Shown piece after piece: positions 60,685 through 64,000 of a stretch of DNA of 64,000 bases (position 1 is its first letter; each line of letters opens with the position of its first letter). A model generated the notes under the pieces. It was not told the DNA's origin and searched no databases. It saw nothing but the letters and a program-made list of their open reading frames with translations. A program made the translations under genes and the position numbers. The stretch spans positions 87,946 to 151,945 of the forward strand of contig JBHLKM010000010.1 of NCBI GenBank assembly GCA_048886685.1. The letters are read 5' to 3'. The stretch comes from Candidatus Hodarchaeota archaeon. Its GTDB lineage: Archaea; Asgardarchaeota; Lokiarchaeia; Sigyniarchaeales; SOKP01.

Positions 60685-61560
60685 ATGCCTAAATGTAAAT
60701 TTTATATTGTGGATGTTTTCGCTGAAAGAAGACTCGAAGGAAATCAACTAGCTGTCTTTATTTGTGAAAAGGGAATTCCAGATTCCGAAATGCAAAAAAT
60801 TGCAAAAGAAATGAATTTCTCAGAGACCACGTTTATCACTTCAATTGAAAATTATGATGTTCGTATTTTTACACCCGACATGGAGTTACCTTTTGCTGGA
60901 CACCCAACTTTAGGTACTGCTTTAGTTTTTCAGAAAGAAATAATAAAATCTAATATCAAAACTCTTCTACTAAATCTTAAGATTGGTCAAATCCCCGTTT
61001 TATTTAAGTACAAATCTGGTAATACCGAAGAAATTTGGATGGAACAAAACGTTCCTGCGTTTGGACAATTTTATGATCCAGAACTCATTGCTAATACATT
61101 ATTTTTAAGAGAGGACGATATTGATATCAGATTTCCTATTCAAGAAGTATCTACAGGATTACCTTTTATTATTGTTCCATTGAAATCTCTAGATGCTTTA
61201 AAAAGAGCTCGGGTAGAACGAGAGAAGTTTTTTGACTTAATAGAAAATACAAGTGCTAAGTCGATTTTGATTTTTTGTCCCGAAACTTATAGAAAAGGAA
61301 ATCATTTGAGTGTTCGCGTTTTTACTGAAGTTCCCGGATTCGAGGATCCCGCAACTGGTTCTGGAAATGGATGTTTAGCTTCGTATTTAGTACAACATCA
61401 ATATTTTGGCAAAAATAGTGTTGATATTAGAGTAGAACAAGGTTATGAAATTGGTAGGCAAAGCTTACTATTGTTAAGAGCAGAAGAAAAAGAAGGTCAG
61501 ATTAATGTCTCTGTAGGGGGAAAAGCATTTATTATTGCTCGAGGAGAATTTATAGATTAA
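60685..61560 (+). CDS. PhzF family isomerase
   Basis: VDVF..GNQLAV, EMNFSET, RIFTP..ELPFAGHPT, EDPATGS. Confidence 0.93.
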   Translation: MPKCKFYIVDVFAERRLEGNQLAVFICEKGIPDSEMQKIAKEMNFSETTFITSIENYDVRIFTPDMELPFAGHPTLGTALVFQKEIIKSNIKTLLLNLKIGQIPVLFKYKSGNTEEIWMEQNVPAFGQFYDPELIANTLFLREDDIDIRFPIQEVSTGLPFIIVPLKSLDALKRARVEREKFFDLIENTSAKSILIFCPETYRKGNHLSVRVFTEVPGFEDPATGSGNGCLASYLVQHQYFGKNSVDIRVEQGYEIGRQSLLLLRAEEKEGQINVSVGGKAFIIARGEFID

Positions 61561-61594
61561 AAAATTAAATAATTTAATTAATACTTATACTTTT

Positions 61595-62710
61595 TTAACT
61601 ACTTGTTTTATAGGCCCCCACTTTTTTTGCCAATATCTCTACTTCCGTAGAGTTAGAGAATAAAGCACAAGGAGAACCATTGGTTTCTAATAAATGTTCA
61701 CTTTCTCTAATAACCTTAAATAATTGACTATCGAGACCAGCTTTCAAGGAGGATTTCGTCAGGTTATGTGTAGCAATATTCGAAACTGGACATGGGGTTA
61801 AGTCTCCTGAGGGTGTTACATGAGCGAATCCTCTACCAGCAGACACACATCCCCCCATATACTCTTCATCTCCAGGAGAGTGGACTAAGAAAATCTGTTT
61901 CGTTTCACGATAATTTAATACCTTTTTTCTAAACTCGATGCTTTCTTCTTCAGTTAGCATTAATTCATTATCATTATCTACTGGGATATATTCAAGTAGA
62001 AAAGCCAAACGTACTCCTTTTGATATCAAATCATCGAGGTTTTCTGATTTCATCCAAAATTTAAAATTATTGCGATTAATAGTGACTGAAATTCCACTTA
62101 TAACTCCAATTTCATCTAAGTTATTAATAGTACTTAACACTTTTTCATAAACACCATATCCTCTTCTTGAATTTGTTAATTCCTGATCTCCTTCAATACT
62201 TACTATAATTATTGTATTTTTTTGACGTTTTAATTTCTTATAGTCTTCTTCTCCTAAAATTGTTCCATTTGTAAATATCAAAAAGAGCCTATCTTTGAAC
62301 TCCTTGCTGATTTGTAATAGATTTGGCATTAAAAAAGGTTCTCCACCTGCAATTATGAATCCAAAAACTCCTAATTCAGAAGCTTCTTTAATAATTTCGA
62401 TCCATTGCTCTAAATCGAGAGATTTATTTGTTTTATTATTACATAACGTTCCCGTTGCTGCAGCATAACAACCAGTACATTTAAGATTGCAGTTTGAAGT
62501 AATACTTAATATTAAAAAGGAAGGAACTTTTGTTCCCTGCAATAATTCTTCTATCCTTATTCTACGACTCTTTTTATAAGCTCTTGCTAATCGCATCATC
62601 GCATACATGCTTTTTGGGTGTTTTAGAATCCAGGGCATGAAAATTTTGGCCATTTTAGAATCTACTTTCATTAAGGTCTTATTAATAAATTTGGTCTCTT
62701 TATTTTCCAT
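61595..62710 (-). CDS. Radical SAM protein with SPASM/twitch-like tail
   Basis: CNLKCTGC, GGEP, FTNG, GCVSAGRG..HV...G..TPC. Confidence 0.9.
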   Translation of the reverse strand: MENKETKFINKTLMKVDSKMAKIFMPWILKHPKSMYAMMRLARAYKKSRRIRIEELLQGTKVPSFLILSITSNCNLKCTGCYAAATGTLCNNKTNKSLDLEQWIEIIKEASELGVFGFIIAGGEPFLMPNLLQISKEFKDRLFLIFTNGTILGEEDYKKLKRQKNTIIIVSIEGDQELTNSRRGYGVYEKVLSTINNLDEIGVISGISVTINRNNFKFWMKSENLDDLISKGVRLAFLLEYIPVDNDNELMLTEEESIEFRKKVLNYRETKQIFLVHSPGDEEYMGGCVSAGRGFAHVTPSGDLTPCPVSNIATHNLTKSSLKAGLDSQLFKVIRESEHLLETNGSPCALFSNSTEVEILAKKVGAYKTSS

Positions 62711-62917
62711 AATTCTTTTCTATATAATCCATTTATTTTTAGTAAATAGTAAAATTAATCTTAAAATATAATTTCAGTAGTCCATTTTTTAAGAACTATA
62801 ACTAAAAATACATAAATGTCAAATATACATCTTGATTTTATGTAATTGCAAATTATCTTATGTATTTTAAAAGAATTCTTACTCTAATACAATAGTTTTA
62901 AAGCGATAACATTCATT

Positions 62918-64000
62918 TTATACATTCGGAATTACATATACTTTCTTTACAATTTTATTGACGAAGTGTTTTATTTTTTCTTCAGTTTTAGTTCTTGGTA
63001 CGAATAGAGTTCCATTATTGGTATAACCAAATAATTTATCCATTATAGATCTTGGTTTATGAACCATTGTTTTAATTGTTTTTATTAAATAATCTACATC
63101 AGATTTCTTATTTTCAATACCAATACTTATTCTTAATGTCCCCGGAAGACACATTGCTGTTCTTTTTGGAAATATCAACGATGTCATTCTTGCCCCAAGA
63201 ATTCTGATTTTTTGGATTTTAAGGATTTTTTGAATTAATATATGAGCACAAAAACAACCATTTCGAACTCCAATCCCGCCGTATTCTGCAAGTTCCTTTG
63301 CTGCAACATTATGAGGAACTTTTGCTAAATTGAATGAGATAATACTACCTCGCTTACTAATATTATAAGAATTTAAAACATCTATTCCAAAGATTTTTAC
63401 ATCTTCTATTTTCCTTAAACCATCTATGGCAATTTCGATCAAATTATTCTCGTAATCTTCAATTTTTTCAATCCCAATCTTTTCCAGAAGCAATATTGCC
63501 TTCCCTAATGTAGCAATTCCAACAACATTTTCTTCACCAGATAATTTAATCTTCATTATCTCATTAGGATTATACCTTATTAATCTTTTTTTCACCACTA
63601 GTACTCCAGTACCGAATGGAGCATAGATTTTATGCCCCGAAAAGGTAAAATAATCGATATCAATATCAGAAATATTAATCTTATGATGAGCTACTAATTG
63701 AGCTGCATCAATAAGCATTTTTGCACCATATTTATGCACAATTTCACTAATTGCTTTAAGATCATTACGTGTACCAAGAACATTAGAGGCTGCACTCACA
63801 GAGACTAGTTCTACCTTTCTAGTTTTAAGTTTAGCATTTTGATTATATTTACGGAGCAAATCCTCTAGTTCATTCGAATTTATAAATCCATCGTCATCAA
63901 CAGAAATCCTCATTAAGTTAGTGTTTGGAATGTAACGGAAGGGAAGTTCATTGGAGTGATGTTCCAGCTCTGTATTAATTATAACTGATTTTTTATTCTT
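62918..64000 (-). CDS. Class V PLP aminotransferase / SufS-like cysteine desulfurase (5' truncated by window edge)
   Basis: The frame is open to 64000 with EHHSNELP; also ASNVLG, DAAQ, FSGHKIYAPFG, RNGCFCAH. Confidence 0.9.
   Translation of the reverse strand, partial: KNKKSVIINTELEHHSNELPFRYIPNTNLMRISVDDDGFINSNELEDLLRKYNQNAKLKTRKVELVSVSAASNVLGTRNDLKAISEIVHKYGAKMLIDAAQLVAHHKINISDIDIDYFTFSGHKIYAPFGTGVLVVKKRLIRYNPNEIMKIKLSGEENVVGIATLGKAILLLEKIGIEKIEDYENNLIEIAIDGLRKIEDVKIFGIDVLNSYNISKRGSIISFNLAKVPHNVAAKELAEYGGIGVRNGCFCAHILIQKILKIQKIRILGARMTSLIFPKRTAMCLPGTLRISIGIENKKSDVDYLIKTIKTMVHKPRSIMDKLFGYTNNGTLFVPRTKTEEKIKHFVNKIVKKVYVIPNV

Noticed and set aside
59160-64000. Integrated element at tRNA-Gly
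   Set aside because: No integrase and no duplicated tRNA 3' end seen within the window.
1-64000. CRISPR arrays, IS elements, rRNA, replication origin boxes
   Set aside because: No regularly spaced repeats, transposase, long GC-rich RNA gene or cdc6/ORB pattern was seen by eye.

Overview
AT-rich, gene-dense archaeal chromosome segment. It is almost certainly from an Asgard archaeon (Lokiarchaeia-like): it carries the Vps22/36-Vps25-Vps4-Vps2/24/46 ESCRT cluster, longin- and roadblock-like proteins, archaeal uS15 and eS1, Nip7, and an intron-containing tRNA. About 68 CDS were called. They cover aromatic/fatty-acid catabolism (IorA, two NDP-forming acyl-CoA synthetases, acyl-CoA dehydrogenase, long-chain acyl-CoA ligase, four alpha/beta hydrolases), nickel-pincer cofactor genes (larB, larC, His-rich nikR), central and sugar metabolism, and RNA modification. 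Two tRNAs are present: Val-GAC, and Gly-GCC with a 31-nt intron that appears to sit at position 38/39. No CRISPR array, transposase or integrase was seen. Most notable observations: (1) a stand-alone 76-aa ubiquitin-like protein with no C-terminal GG; (2) a MIM1-like motif in the N-terminal extension of Vps25 that matches the ESCRT-III tail, plus a nearby longin/MIT-like protein, suggesting extra MIT-MIM wiring; (3) a roadblock gene missed by the ORF track, divergent from a short-alpha3 histone; (4) a bacterial-type RNase III; (5) a TFS paralogue lacking the catalytic ribbon; (6) two candidate structured RNAs. All family calls come from motif recognition by eye; no database searches were run.
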